A stretch of DNA of 63,470 bases, filler included, from Aduncisulcus paluster (GCA_024181965.1; 11 parts of 11 records of this genome joined end to end with filler, not necessarily neighbours in it); one strand, 5' to 3'. Counted from the first letter of the whole stretch, positions 11,316-24,206 are shown. Program-made: numbers and translations. Notes: generated by a model not told the origin, from the sequence alone.

Positions 11316-14300
11316 ATGGGTGAAGCAGATCGCAATGATCATAGCGATTCTGTCAATGAAGGCAATTCAAAGTTTACAAATATCGTATTTAGTGCAAATT
11401 ACATCATGTGCCGTGGAAACACGCTAATTCCCCGTATTTCCTTTTTTCTTATGCTCATTGATGCTTTGCAGCTGTTATCATTTTTAATTGAACCTTCAAT
11501 ATTTTATTGGTCTCCGACTTGGAGGAGCGCTCCGGAAATCCTTTCATATTCAAGGTTCGGAAGTGCAATCCCATTAACAATTCTTCAATTACAAATTGTT
11601 TTCGCTGTCGTGACAGCTTTAATCATTGTAACAACCGTTGCCATCTTCTGGGTGGGTTCAAAGGGAATCAAGGGTGTTCAAAATACTTTTGGAATTGGAG
11701 TCGTTATTTTTCTGAGAATGTTTGTTTCATTGGAAACCACTGTATTTTTCCTCCCACTTGTGGCTATTTTCTCCCAGATTACTGCTGCAACATATAATCC
11801 TCTTTGGGATGATCAAAATAGTGTTTTACGCTGGTTCTTTTGTATTCTTTCAGTTGTAGTTCTCATATTCTTCTCAATTCTCTGTCTTTTGTTAACCTCT
11901 GTCAATTCTAGTTCCGGGATTAAGAGTATCCGTTTGCTTTCCAAGCAGCACAGTCGTGCTGACCTTGTTTTGTTGATTGGAAAGATTATTATTGGTTTAG
12001 TTTTCGTTCATTTGAAGCAACATCCGTTAATTATTAAGATTGTATTACTTGTTGCGTATTTCATCTTTTTTGCCTGTTTCTTTGTGTCTGTTCCGTATTA
12101 TAAGGCTGGAACAAATGCCTTTAAATGTGGATTATATGGAGGGTTGTTCATTCTTGCTGTTACAAGCATTATTAAGGAGCAACTCTCCTGGAAAGAAGAT
12201 ATTTGGGCCATCTTGGTTTTCATCGGAAGTGCTCTGATTATCGCTCTACTCACTATATTTAGGCTACGTCTAGTGTCAAGACCGGTGTGGAAAGTAGTTA
12301 AAAAATGGACAAAGCATCAAGAGAAAACACTCAACAAAAAGTCTGGTAAAAGCTCCAAGAAGGCCAAGAAAAGCTCCAAAAAGGGGAAAAAGAATAAGAA
12401 AAACAAGTCTAGCAAGACCAAATCAGGGAAAGAAATGGGGGCAGTTCGAGCGGATGATGATAACGAAGATGCTGTTGATTTCAAGGCCAATCCTCTTCTC
12501 GATAAGCCTCAACACACTCCTCTGGGGTTCGGAAAGACTTCCACCTTCCATGCGATGAACCATCTAACTCCCACGTTATCTCCAATGGGCACTGGTTCCT
12601 TTGAAGGGAGTAGGTATGATCAGAGGACAGGATCGGTGCTCTCGTTTATATCTGCAGAAGGAGAGAACAGCAGTAGCCGCGGCGTGTTACCCGAGGGTGC
12701 CATGCAGGATATTCCAAGGATTGAGATTAGTGACTTTGACTCTGGTCGAGGTAGTAGTCATGGTACCAGTGGACGAGGTGGATTCCACGGGTTTGACGAG
12801 GAATCAAGGAGTGCAAACACATCCAGATCTCACGGTGCTGCAATGAAGAAACGTCTGATGGCACATGGTCTTGGTGGTTCTCTCGTAAGTATGTCTAACC
12901 CTACCCATATATCCTCCGTCGATGAGTCTGAATACGACCAAAACGAGGAGTATGGGAACCTTGAGAATGATAAGATGATTATCAAGATGACAAAGGACTT
13001 TGGAGGCCTGTGGGTGACTCCGCTGAGTGTGGAGATATCTCTGAGACCCATCCTCAAACGATGTATTGAGCTTTGTGACTGTGGATGTGAAAACATTGGG
13101 ACTTGTAAGCACAGTGAACTCCGAACGTTGTACGTAAAGCTAATTTTCAGTGCCCATTGTGCTGCCGCTCAACGATTTGGAAAGCTCCCCTATGTTCTAC
13201 AGACTCACGCTATTTTCTTACTAGATGTTCGCCCCGATCTTCTCATGGAGCTTTTCTCTCGGAGTAACACTGTGAGCAATGTTCCCATTGATGTTAGATA
13301 CTCGCTGTACGCAATGAACAATCAGCTCCATGAGATCATGAATGACACAGCAAGTGGAAGTCTCCTTGGAAATATCTCATATGCCAGAGATATCAAGCAG
13401 GTTAAGCGGCTTGTCCGACAAGGTGAACAGCAACTGCTATCTTTCTGGGAGCATGTGAGGAATCAGGTAATGCGAATCAACGGGGTGGAGGTTGGGATGC
13501 TCCAACGACATTCTATGTCAATGACAAGCACGACTTCATACACTGCGTTCAGTCGAAATGCCAGCCGAAAGGGTCTAAGCAGGGAAATGAGTGGACGTTC
13601 GATCGGAACGGAGAGTTATGCACCCTCCGTGACCGAGGCTCAATCGAGTCTTGCTGAGATTGAAGACGAGGATGAAATGATCAAGCAACAAATGCACGAT
13701 CACTCTCTCGTTGTGCGTAGACTGATGGCTCTCGGAAATGATCTTTCCGTTACAATGTGGCAAGCTGATGACTTGTTTGGGCAGCTTTTGCAGAGAGCAA
13801 CCCCACTTGCTGTGAAATGTTATGCCGATTACGTTGCCTGTGTGTTCGTTGATGTTGCTCAGACCCAAGAGTATCTGGAATACGCCAAGAGAATGGAAGA
13901 GAATGATGTCCGTTCGCAGGAGATTGAGCCCCATCTGTCCATTGCTACACTGTGGAAGAGGCTTCTTGAGATTGATGAAGATACGTTACATGAGGATGCC
14001 AGTAGTCTTTTGGACAAGCATAATGCGAACAATGTGAAGAATGGGGATGGAATCAAGTTCTTGAAGCGTCAGTTTGGTGTGAAAACTCTTGAGCATTTGA
14101 TTTTCTTCTGCTTCTTCATTCTCTTGTTCTTCTTTACCATTATGATCTTCTTCGAACTGAATGAATTCACCAACCAACGTGACTTCATCGAGGTCGTTCA
14201 TGCTTCTTCAGAGGTTTTGGTAGCCTTTGCTGATCTTGACAATGCCATCCGGTCCCTTCCCATCACACACAACACTCAGCTGGTGTCTGATGCGGCTATG

Positions 14301-16761
14301 TTGCTTCAAGATCTATCGCGTTTGATGTATCTAAACGTGAAGAAGAGCAACACTGCTATCCCTGATCTTAAGGAAAAGCTCCTCAGAACTCTTGGAGATC
14401 TCACAATCGATGCGACCATTGTGAGCAGTATCGGAAACGATGGCTCTCTGACTCCAAGGTCACAGACAATGTCGCAGTACAACGATCAGGTCAACTCATG
14501 GTTCTCCCATGGATCTCTCTTCCTTTCGCAGTATCGAACTGTTGACACTAGCGATATGCCCAGTTTGTCGCATGCAGTAGGTGATCCTCTTCACGGATCT
14601 CTACCGCCAATGACGTACATTCCTTCCTCCTTGCTCACATCCACTGAGAGTATGATCCAGTACATTGACTCGATTGTGGATACCTACAGTGATAGTTGGT
14701 TGTTCGATGCCTCGAGTATTCCCAATCAAAGAACCGTCTATACACGAACTATCGGCCTTGCCAGTCTCGGAGAGTGGAGGAGTATTGTTGACAACATGTA
14801 TGGAGCTGTGTATCCATCATATCAGACTCTTCAGAACGAATTAAGAGGCATATTGGAGGATTCTTGGGTTGGATTCTTTGCGATTTGCATTGCCCTGGTC
14901 ATTGGTGTTGTTATTGGGTTTATTGTTGCCATTGGAATGCTTATCCACACACCTGTTGTGTATTACAAGAAGCGTGTGCAAAGATACCTTGATCTTTTCT
15001 TTGACTTGTCGCCCGATGCTGCGGAGAGAACCTATGAACAGATTCAGAATCGAGTCGGAGTTGGTAAGACTGCAGTTAGGAAAGCCATTGAGGAGGCAGA
15101 AGGGAAAGAGGAAGGAAAACGCAAGGAAGAAGAAGAAGAGGAAGAGGAAGATGACGAGTTGGATGATGAAGAAGAGGAAGAGAATGAAGAAGACGTGGAG
15201 GAGAACAAGGAAAGTGAGCGTAACAACAATGATATGTCAAGAAACGGATCTATCAGTCAAGTCGACACTGATGTCATCAAGGAACGTCTTTCTAAAAATA
15301 GAAATCTTCTTCTCAATGAAAAAATTACTTTCTCAATGTTCAAAGATGGTTTCAAACTGTTATTCTCTGAGAGGTATCAAGAGGTTTTATTCATTGGTTT
15401 AATTGGGATTGCTTGGATAATATTCTTTACTGTTCGAATTTCCACACTCCCATCCTCTCTTGATGATTCAGAAACTGCTCTCGATGCCCTTGTTCGCAGC
15501 AAAGNNNNNNNNNNNNNNNNNNNNCTTTGACTTGTCGCCCGATGCTGCGGAGAGAACCTATGAACAGATTCAGAATCGAGGCGGAGTTGGTAAGACTGCA
15601 GTTAGGAAAGCCATTGAGGAGGCAGAAGGGAAAGAGGAAGGAAAACGCAAGGAAGAAGAAGAAGAAGAGGAAGAGGAAGATGACGAGTTGGATGATGAAG
15701 AAGAGGAAGAGAATGAAGAAGACGTGGAGGAGAACAAGGAAAGTGAGCGTAACAACAATGATATGTCAAGAAACGGATCTATCAGTCAAGTCGACACTGA
15801 TGTCATCAAGGAACGTCTTTCTAAAAATAGAAATCTTCTTCTCAATGAAAAAATTACTTTCTCAATGTTCAAAGATGGTTTCAAACTGTTATTCTCTGAG
15901 AGGTATCAAGAGGTTTTATTCATTGGTTTAATTGGGATTGCTTGGATAATATTCTTTACTGTTCGAATTTCCACACTCCCATCCTCTCTTGATGATTCAG
16001 AAACTGCTCTCGATGCCCTTGTTCGCAGCAAAGAAGTTCATCGTCTGGCCACTCGCCTTGTTCTGTGTGAGGTTGGATCCGTGAGTCTTAGCCATGCCGT
16101 CGAAGAGCGTGTGTATGTCAGCAATAAGCTGTGGAATGTGATTAATCTATTTGATGAGAGCGTTGACATGCTTATCGATGGCACTGGGGATGTTCCTGCT
16201 GTTGCCACTCGTCATACTGATCAGTACAACCTTTTATTCGTGCCTCAGTGTGTTCGTGAACTTGAAGACACTTGCTTAACCTCATCTTCTGACACTTCCT
16301 TACACTCTCTTCTCTCTTCTTTCTCTCAGAATGTGAGGGAATTGGTCTTTAGAGAACGTGAGGAGCATGAAGCCGCCAGTTCTGTGAGTGGGACAAGTAT
16401 TGGTGTTGCCGCTGATAATGATCTCTATGTCACTGTGAATGAAACTGCGTGGTTGGATGTGAGTGGAGGCCTCGGCAAGATGATTGACGTTGTTGATGAA
16501 GCTATTTCTGGAACTTTCTCATTCGCAATTGGGATGATTAGTGGGTTATCAATCTTTTTGGCCTTTGCTGCCTTTTATACAACGATGAGAGCCTATCGTC
16601 TCGACGCAAGAGGAATCAAGGAGGTCAGAAATCTTTGCATTCAAACGTGGAGTCTGGTTGCAATGGATGATATTCCCACTTCAGACACTGGTTCAAAGTT
16701 AAAGGTCCTTTTGTGTTATCTTGAAGCTCTCAGAAATGCACTCACTGGTGATGACATGTGA
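11316..16761 (+). CDS. Large multi-pass membrane protein, TmcB/TmcC-like; a single gene split by a gap duplication (join about 11316-15504 with 16034-16761)
   Basis: About 9 N-terminal TM helices with HSRADL and PYYKAGTNAF, a helical cytosolic region, then further TM-bounded extracellular domains. The two ORFs overlap in duplicated sequence. Confidence 0.7.
14999..16033. repeat. ~506-bp duplication across a 20-N gap (14999-15504 and 15525-16033)
   Basis: The copies differ by one SNP (GTC/GGC) and one extra GAA codon, as expected for two alleles. Confidence 0.85.
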
Positions 16762-17227
16762 TTCTATTTGTAAGAGAAATATTTAGAAATGAATCTGACA
16801 GAGCAAGAGATGGAAATACCAAAAAAAATATAATATTATCACGTGTAAAATAATAGATTTCTGATCTCTTTAACTCGTTTTATTCAAAAATTATGGCCTG
16901 GTTCACCGGTTCATATCATTTTTTTTAGAAAATAATTATCAATAAAATACAATAATATTATTTCCTATCCCCTTTGATTTTTAATTGACCCTTAAATGTG
17001 ATTTTTGTTGTGTGTTTTCATCCGAGAAAACTCTAAAATTGGATTGATGAGTGAAACAATCATTTGAATTTTTTATTCTCCTTTTTTTTCGCTTATTCGT
17101 TCAGTTGCAGCCCCCACTTTTCCACCCNNNNNNNNNNNNNNNNNNNNNNNNNNNNNNNNNNNNNNNNNNNNTTAATTAATTAANNNNNNNNNNNNNNNNN
17201 NNNNNNNNNNNNNNNNNNNNNNNNNNN

Positions 17228-20200
17228 CCCGTTTTAATAGCCACAAAGCTAATTTCCCTCATGGAACAGAAACTGACCCCCAAAATCTCCACTGCCCCTC
17301 TGTTCAGATCCCTCAAGACGATAGAAGGTGGCAAGTTCAAGCCTGTCCATGAATGTCTGAATGAAGTGTTCCAAGGTTTGACTCAAGTGGATGTTGAAGA
17401 TCGTATGAAAGTGCACTCTGCTCGTGAGAAAGTTCAGTCGATTAAGCATCTGCTCCCAAAGATTGGAGAAGGGTGGGAATGTCCCTCCATCGATGATATT
17501 GTGGAAACACAACTTGAAAAGCATGGAGGTGATCCTGGGAGTGTGTTTGAAGGGAACCAAGGTGCAGAGGAGGATAAACTTGATTCTCTTCAGAGTGTCA
17601 AACAGCTTCGTCAAGGTTGGGACGACAGTGTGATGGGTCATGTTATCTTGCCATCAGAAGAAAAACAAATCATTCCATCTTCATCCTCCTCCAAATCTCA
17701 GATTCGATCAGTTGTTGATGCTTCTGATCTTGAAGTTTTGATCAAAACCATCAAGAAAAGTCCAGATTCAGATTCAACATCCGAAATATATCGTGAACAT
17801 CGTGAATCCATTCTCTCCGTCTTTCTTGCATCACAATCAAAAAGAGAAATCAAGGCACATAAAAGAGAGATAATTCTGTCATGTCAGTGTTTAAGATGGT
17901 TTGTTCGGCATTCCTTCTCTGGAAAAAAGATTTTTCTCCCTATTCTCGAACTCAATAATCTTGTTAATACTTTCTTTGATCATTGGACAAGGGTTGAGAA
18001 AGTATTAGAAGGAGAAGTTGAAGAAGCATTCTGTTCGATTTGTGTCAGTTACTCCTTCAAAGTTCAAGATGAAAAAGATTCCTTCCTTCCCAAAGTATCC
18101 TCTATTTTCGAACGAATTCTTGAGAGAGGTAGTAAGAAGAAGTTGGAAGGTGATGTTCCTCTCGATTTACTAAGCACCCTCAGAAACATTTCTTTATCCC
18201 CTTCTCCTTCCACTCAGCTTTCCATTCTCACTCTCATCAAACCATATATCAAACATTGGCTTACCATTGAGAGGAACAATGAATGCTATGGCCGTTGGGT
18301 ATTTATTTTATCAAATATTACGTATTCTGTCGATGATAACTCTCCAAACAAAGCTGTATGTTCGGAAGCTTGGTCTCTCTTCAGCCCTGTTCTTGATATT
18401 GTTAAGGAGGAGTTTATTGGAGAAAAACTGATTGAGGATGATCATGAAGAAGTTCTACGATTCTTCTCAAACTTATGTTGTAATTCGTCTCATGCTATTA
18501 AGATTTATGACAGTATCAAACAATTGCTCAGTGGTTGGTTTGAGACGATCCATAAAAAGAAACATGAATGGGGGATCAAATATTGGTCTGAATTGTTATT
18601 AATGTTATCCACTGTTCCATCTCTTGTTCCTCACATATCTCCTAAATATGATGGAGCCATGGAATGGTGTAAAGAAAATGGAATCGATGTTATTTTCATA
18701 AGTTATTTTTGTAATTGTTATCCTCACCTTAAGAAATGGATCGATTTGATTGATTCCATCAAGAAATGTTCAGATTCAGAGTCAACTTCTATATTATATC
18801 AGAAACATCGAAAAGATATTCTCTCAGCTTTTGTTGCAGTTCGAGCAGAGAGTGAGATAAAAGAACACCGAAAAGAGATTGTTCTTTGTGTTCAGTGTTT
18901 GAAAAGTTTCGTTAACCATGCTTTTTCGAAAAAAAATGAAATCTTTCTCCCGATCCCAGATCTGAATGATCTCGTTGACACTTTCATTGATCATTTGTCA
19001 AGGGTTGAGGGTGTATTGGAAGAAGATGTTGATGAGGATTATTGTGAAATTTGTGCTTATTACACATCTAGAGTTAAAGATAAGCGAGCTTCTTTCCTTC
19101 CCAAGATTGTTTCAACGTTCCAACGTATCCTTGAGAGGGGAAGTGAGGAAAAGTTGGAAGGTTCGGTTGCTCTCCAATTATTAAACACTCTCAAAAACAT
19201 CTCTATATCCCCTTCTTCGTCCCAAATTTCCATGATCACCCTTATCAAACCATATATTAGACGTTGGTTTACTTTTGAGAATAATAGTGCTTGTTATGGA
19301 CGTTGGATGTTTATTCTATCAAATATAACATTTTCACAAGAAGATAACAACCCCAACAAATCTCTGTGTTCAATGACCTGGTCTCTTTTCAACCCAGTTC
19401 TTGACATCGTGAAGACAAAGTTCGTCGGAGATAAGATCGTTGGGGACGATCATGAAGAATTTCTGCGATTTTTCTCTAATTTGTGTTGTGAACCATCCCA
19501 TGCTCTCAAAATTTTCGATAATATCAAAGACTTACTGAGTGGTTGGTTCGAAACGATCAAGAAAATGAAAAATAAGTGGGGAATCAAATTTTGGTGCCTA
19601 CTTATTTCTATGCTTTCCACTGTTCCATCTCTTGTTCCCCATTTATCTCCTCGGTATGATACCGCCATGAAATGGTGTAAGGATAAAGGAGCCTTATCCT
19701 CTCATTATTTGAGATATTGCGGAAATTATGAGCTCTTTCTTGAGAATTGGGAAGGCTTAGTGACTTTAATTCAAAAATGTTCCTCCGAAAAAGAAAAATC
19801 AAAACTCTATCATGAGTATCAAGACCATTTTTCAGCTGTTTTACTTCGGTTCCAATCAAAACCTGAAATCCTCAAACAAAAAACAATGCTGCTTCAATGT
19901 TGCCAATGTTTAAGGTTATTTGTGAAACATGTGAGATCCAGTGATGGGACTGAAATCTATCTTCCTCTTTCCGATCTTAATGATCTTATTGATACTTTCA
20001 TTGATCATTTATCGAGAGTTGAAGAAGCCCTGAAAGAAGCCGTTGATGGTGAATATTGTCGTATTTGTGTGGATTATACATTCAAAATTGGATATAGAAG
20101 ATGTGACAGATTAATACACAAGATATCAGCAGCATTTCAACGTATGATAGAGAGAGACATTCATTCACGATTGAGTGGAGATATTCCTTTATATATCTTG

Positions 20201-20806
20201 AAAACCCTTAGAAACATCTCTATTTCATCAACTAATTCAACAGCATCCTCTATTCTCTCACTCATTAAACCTTTCATTATGGAGGCAAAATATAGAGAAA
20301 TTATGTACTTCCAAAGGTGGATATTCATTATTGCAAAGATTACATGGTCGTCTGAAGAAAGATCCCCAAATCCAACCATTTGTTCGGAAGCTTGGCCTCT
20401 CTTCCGCCCAATATTCAATATTGTTTCGTCAGAATTCGTAATGGAGAATATTCTTGAGAACGAATGTTATTACTTGTTGCGTTTCTTCTCCAATATATGT
20501 TGTGATCCTTTACATGCCGTTGATGTTCACAATAAGCTAAAATATCTTCTTGATGGATGGTTTGAAAATATCAAGAAAAAGAAACATAACATGGGGATAA
20601 AATACTGGGCTGAACTCGTTTCCATTCTATCTCTTGTCCCGGCTCTTGTTCCTCACTTGTCCCCAAAATATGACCGCGCCATGAAATGGTGTAAAGAAAA
20701 TGCATGTTGGCCCGATGATTATACAAAGTATCAATATAACCGGAGAATAATGATACAAAGAAGAAAGGACGAAGGACATTCCTGTGGAGGATGCTCAATC
20801 GTGTAG
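17228..20806 (+). CDS. Probable kinase C-terminal end followed by three ~330-aa helical (ARM/HEAT-like) repeats and a CAAX box (5' truncated)
   Basis: Open from the contig edge. CLNEVFQGLT...DRM resembles kinase subdomain XI. The repeats share CxQCL..FV.H, TL(R/K)NIS.S, LRFFSN(L/I)CC and SLVPH.SP(K/R)YD.AM.WCK. The protein ends CGGCSIV*. Confidence 0.8.
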   Translation, partial: PVLIATKLISLMEQKLTPKISTAPLFRSLKTIEGGKFKPVHECLNEVFQGLTQVDVEDRMKVHSAREKVQSIKHLLPKIGEGWECPSIDDIVETQLEKHGGDPGSVFEGNQGAEEDKLDSLQSVKQLRQGWDDSVMGHVILPSEEKQIIPSSSSSKSQIRSVVDASDLEVLIKTIKKSPDSDSTSEIYREHRESILSVFLASQSKREIKAHKREIILSCQCLRWFVRHSFSGKKIFLPILELNNLVNTFFDHWTRVEKVLEGEVEEAFCSICVSYSFKVQDEKDSFLPKVSSIFERILERGSKKKLEGDVPLDLLSTLRNISLSPSPSTQLSILTLIKPYIKHWLTIERNNECYGRWVFILSNITYSVDDNSPNKAVCSEAWSLFSPVLDIVKEEFIGEKLIEDDHEEVLRFFSNLCCNSSHAIKIYDSIKQLLSGWFETIHKKKHEWGIKYWSELLLMLSTVPSLVPHISPKYDGAMEWCKENGIDVIFISYFCNCYPHLKKWIDLIDSIKKCSDSESTSILYQKHRKDILSAFVAVRAESEIKEHRKEIVLCVQCLKSFVNHAFSKKNEIFLPIPDLNDLVDTFIDHLSRVEGVLEEDVDEDYCEICAYYTSRVKDKRASFLPKIVSTFQRILERGSEEKLEGSVALQLLNTLKNISISPSSSQISMITLIKPYIRRWFTFENNSACYGRWMFILSNITFSQEDNNPNKSLCSMTWSLFNPVLDIVKTKFVGDKIVGDDHEEFLRFFSNLCCEPSHALKIFDNIKDLLSGWFETIKKMKNKWGIKFWCLLISMLSTVPSLVPHLSPRYDTAMKWCKDKGALSSHYLRYCGNYELFLENWEGLVTLIQKCSSEKEKSKLYHEYQDHFSAVLLRFQSKPEILKQKTMLLQCCQCLRLFVKHVRSSDGTEIYLPLSDLNDLIDTFIDHLSRVEEALKEAVDGEYCRICVDYTFKIGYRRCDRLIHKISAAFQRMIERDIHSRLSGDIPLYILKTLRNISISSTNSTASSILSLIKPFIMEAKYREIMYFQRWIFIIAKITWSSEERSPNPTICSEAWPLFRPIFNIVSSEFVMENILENECYYLLRFFSNICCDPLHAVDVHNKLKYLLDGWFENIKKKKHNMGIKYWAELVSILSLVPALVPHLSPKYDRAMKWCKENACWPDDYTKYQYNRRIMIQRRKDEGHSCGGCSIV

Positions 20807-21120
20807 AATATTGATTTTTTGACCAATATCGGGGATAAATCCGAACAAATAGCCACAAACTTGAAGCCTCCATTCCGTGTCTGAGAATTTTTTTTATTAT
20901 AAAGTAGAAACTTCATATTACGAAGCATAATCTTAATATCATTATTAATAAGTTATAAAAGTATAACTTGAATGTCAATTCCTTGAAGCGAAAATGTATT
21001 TGTAAAAATTTGAACAAAATGAAAAATTGCAGAATCGACTCTCGTTTACAAATTTGCGTAGATCTAATATAATTAAAAAGAGCTAAGCAATCAACTAAGA
21101 AAATAATTCCACTGGAATTC

Positions 21121-21534
21121 TTATAATATGTCAGGTTTCATGATTGGTCTGAAAGGTTGTCCATCGATCTCAAACAAACGAACACTTCCATCGATATCGG
21201 CATACACTCCAAACTCAATGCGTCCATGAGTTCCATCGGCATGTTCAACATTTGTAATTATTTTGTACTTTATCCCTCGAACAACCTGAGTTTTCCACTG
21301 CAAAGGAGTGATGGAAATAATATGCTTACCCTCATCTTCAAGGTGTTCGTTGAATTGTTCTTGTATCTTTTCACCGAGTTCTCCAGCCCGTGGTTCCATG
21401 GAACAATCGGAATATTCTGACCAACCACCAAGCTTCATTGAGGACACAGAAACTATCATCTGCATGCATATCACGAATGATACACAGAGTAAAATGGGCA
21501 CAAAGTGACCCCTTTGAGATACATTTAACTTCAT
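21121..21534 (-). CDS. Secreted cystatin (cysteine protease inhibitor)
   Basis: Signal peptide, N-terminal LGGW, and QVVRG (QxVxG) followed by IKY. Confidence 0.85.
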   Translation of the reverse strand: MKLNVSQRGHFVPILLCVSFVICMQMIVSVSSMKLGGWSEYSDCSMEPRAGELGEKIQEQFNEHLEDEGKHIISITPLQWKTQVVRGIKYKIITNVEHADGTHGRIEFGVYADIDGSVRLFEIDGQPFRPIMKPDIL

Positions 21535-21796
21535 TATTCTAATTCTATATTAGTCAAGCACATCAAATCAAGAGATAATGTCCGCCATGAAAATCATTGT
21601 CAAAGATCATATCATTTGGAGTTGAATAACAACATATATACAGATAAAAGGGAGAAGAATTACAATACATCAACACAAAATCAAGTTCATATATGTAGAA
21701 AATGTGTCAATGAAAGAAGTGCGGAAGTTGAGTTAATAAGAGCCAGTGTTTTAAGCGAATATTGTATAATAACGATCAGGAATAACCAACATACTC

Positions 21797-22285
21797 GATT
21801 AATAAATGATTATATAAAAAAAATGTATTATTATTGTAAGCAAAAACAGGAACGTGGAAGACCTGAGATGATCTGTCATATCGGACAACAGATTGAAAAT
21901 ATCCCGTCTTGCCGCCAACAGAATTATAACGACGCAAATATCACGTCAGATATGAACTGATCATTAAGCTACAAATGTCATGTCTATAATATTATTCGAT
22001 AGAAATCCTTCTATCTTTCACTCTGGATAAANNNNNNNNNNNNNNNNNNNNGATTAATAAATGATTATATAAAAAAAATGTATTATTATTGTAAGCAAAA
22101 ACAGGAACGTGGAAGACCTGAGATGATCTGTCATATCGGACAACAGATTGAAAATATCCCGTCTTGCCGCCAACAGAATTATAACGACGCAAATATCACG
22201 TCAGATATGAACTGATCATTAAGCTACAAATGTCATGTCTATAATATTATTCGATAGAAATCCTTCTATCTTTCACTCTGGATAA
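21797..22285. repeat. ~235-bp duplication across a 20-N gap (21797-22031 and 22052-22285)
   Basis: Near-identical copies flanking the gap, differing in a poly-A length. Confidence 0.85.
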
Positions 22286-22678
22286 AAACATCAATCGAAG
22301 CGATTCAATGCACTTCTATTGGACATCCGACCCATTAATATGCACTTATTGATCATCAGTCTTATGATATTTATCCCTACATTTTCTTTGATCTTCCTAA
22401 TGATATATCCTGATGAAAATCACAAGCATGAATTTGAGCGCCAAAACATCAAAGCATACACCTCAAGACAAATTTTTAATCGTTTATTTGCTATCCATGA
22501 CAAACATTATATCCCTCCACAATGATTTTATCGGAGATTTAATCACGTCAAGAGGAAACAGAAAACGGATGTCACAACAGGAACATCAATTATGAAGTCA
22601 AAACCCATCAATTAGTCATTCAAGAAAGACAAAAAATAAAGCACTTTAGTAATAAATAATTACTTTGTATTTCTAGAT

Positions 22679-23872
22679 CTATTTTGGGAACAACTTCAAA
22701 CCTTTTGGAAGTTTCCTCATCTTTGTTATCTGAGAAGCTTGTTGAGCGTCCTTTTCACGTTTTTCTTCTTCCATCACGTGAGCTTTCCTCTCCTTTTCTC
22801 TCACTTTAGCCTCCTCGAGGCAGAGTTGTGAAATAAGTTGAATACTGTTCTGAGTTTCTTCCATCTCAACCATAATCCGGCATCTCTTCCTAAATCCATG
22901 ATCATATAATGTTATATGTGGCGATAAAACAGTGTGAGGCGGAGAGAAAGCCAATGTAAAATCTTTCCCAGGAAGGAGACCTTGTTTCTCCTTTCCAACA
23001 GAATCTACGGCAGATACTGCCTTTTCTCCATATAATATCTTATCTAATTCTTCTTTAATCCATGCATAAATAACTCTACCTTTAGTTTTGAGGGGAAAAC
23101 GCCTTTCACGTTTCAAAATAAAAGCAGGAGGGAAAACAACACGAATAAGGAGTAAAGCTTGCTGTTTCATCACTAATTCACGTTGTTCAACCTGTTTCAA
23201 CACGAAATTACCCCCTTCTTTATCTTTATAAATGCCTGATAATAGGATACCAACGTCAGCTGTATCAAGTTCAAAAAAATCATCTGAAGGCCACGTGGAA
23301 GTTTTAATTGGCTTCGTAATAGTTGGGTTTGCAGTAACAAAAGCATTTCCACCAACAACTCTTCCTTTAGAGTGACCGAACGAATCAGAAGATGAACGGA
23401 CGGTAGTTTGACCAATTTTCCTGACCTTACCCGAAAAAGCACTTTGAGATGTGTCCCTTTTTGGAATTTCATCGGGGGATTTAACAGAAGGTTTGCGGGG
23501 GATTTTTTCACCTTCTTCACCTTCTTCTTCTTCCTTTTCTTTCCGCAAATCCAATTCTTTCTGTCTCCTTTGTAATCTTAGTCTCTCAGATTCTTCTCGA
23601 GAAACCTTTTTTTTCGTGTATTTCGTCATTAAATCGGTGATTGAAAATGACGATTCTGTCGGAAACATAACAACATGAACTTTAGCATTATCTGGAAGTT
23701 CAAATGATTCCATTTTTTCATGTAATTTAAGATACTCCTTTCTATGTTTAACAGAGGCCTTATATCCTGGAGGAAAAACAAACACCTCATCAAGAACCGA
23801 TTGTAATGTTTGAGAAGGCTCATAGGACACCTTTTTAATTTCTGAGCCTTTAATTAATACAATTATGGCCAT
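22679..23872 (-). CDS. UBX-domain p97 cofactor, ASPL/TUG (ASPSCR1/Ubx4)-like
   Basis: N-terminal ubiquitin-like domain, SDDFFELDTAD motif, and a UBX domain (LIRVVFP...FTLAFSPPH..L..HGF). Confidence 0.7.
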   Translation of the reverse strand: MAIIVLIKGSEIKKVSYEPSQTLQSVLDEVFVFPPGYKASVKHRKEYLKLHEKMESFELPDNAKVHVVMFPTESSFSITDLMTKYTKKKVSREESERLRLQRRQKELDLRKEKEEEEGEEGEKIPRKPSVKSPDEIPKRDTSQSAFSGKVRKIGQTTVRSSSDSFGHSKGRVVGGNAFVTANPTITKPIKTSTWPSDDFFELDTADVGILLSGIYKDKEGGNFVLKQVEQRELVMKQQALLLIRVVFPPAFILKRERRFPLKTKGRVIYAWIKEELDKILYGEKAVSAVDSVGKEKQGLLPGKDFTLAFSPPHTVLSPHITLYDHGFRKRCRIMVEMEETQNSIQLISQLCLEEAKVREKERKAHVMEEEKREKDAQQASQITKMRKLPKGLKLFPK

Positions 23873-24206
23873 TAATTTCTCAATATGTTGTCAAGAAACT
23901 CTTCTCAGATTTCAAACACTCCTTGCTTATTCCGACCTGTGATATTCAAAAATTTACTCATTATTATCTTTAAATTGACTATTATTTTTGATAATTTGGT
24001 TATTTGTGTTATGACAACCAAACCAATGACAATAGCCAGCCGACAATTTTCCAATCAGCAAAGTACTCCGTGTAAAGAAATATGAACGTTAAAATTTTTA
24101 TGAATGGTTCCAATAATTCCCAGAATATATGTTATATTCTGATCCTAATCAACAAGTAAGATTTTGGTATCCTTTTTTGTCACGGTTGGTGGTTTTAAGG
24201 TTTATT

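Noticed and set aside
14999..16033. Apparent tandem duplications at all five 20-N gaps
   Set aside because: Each sits exactly either side of a gap and differs at most by SNPs or homopolymer/triplet length, consistent with unmerged allelic contig ends.
21616..22595. Short ORFs between cystatin and the UBX gene
   Set aside because: AT-rich, mostly non-ATG starts, no motifs, and partly within a duplicated gap flank.
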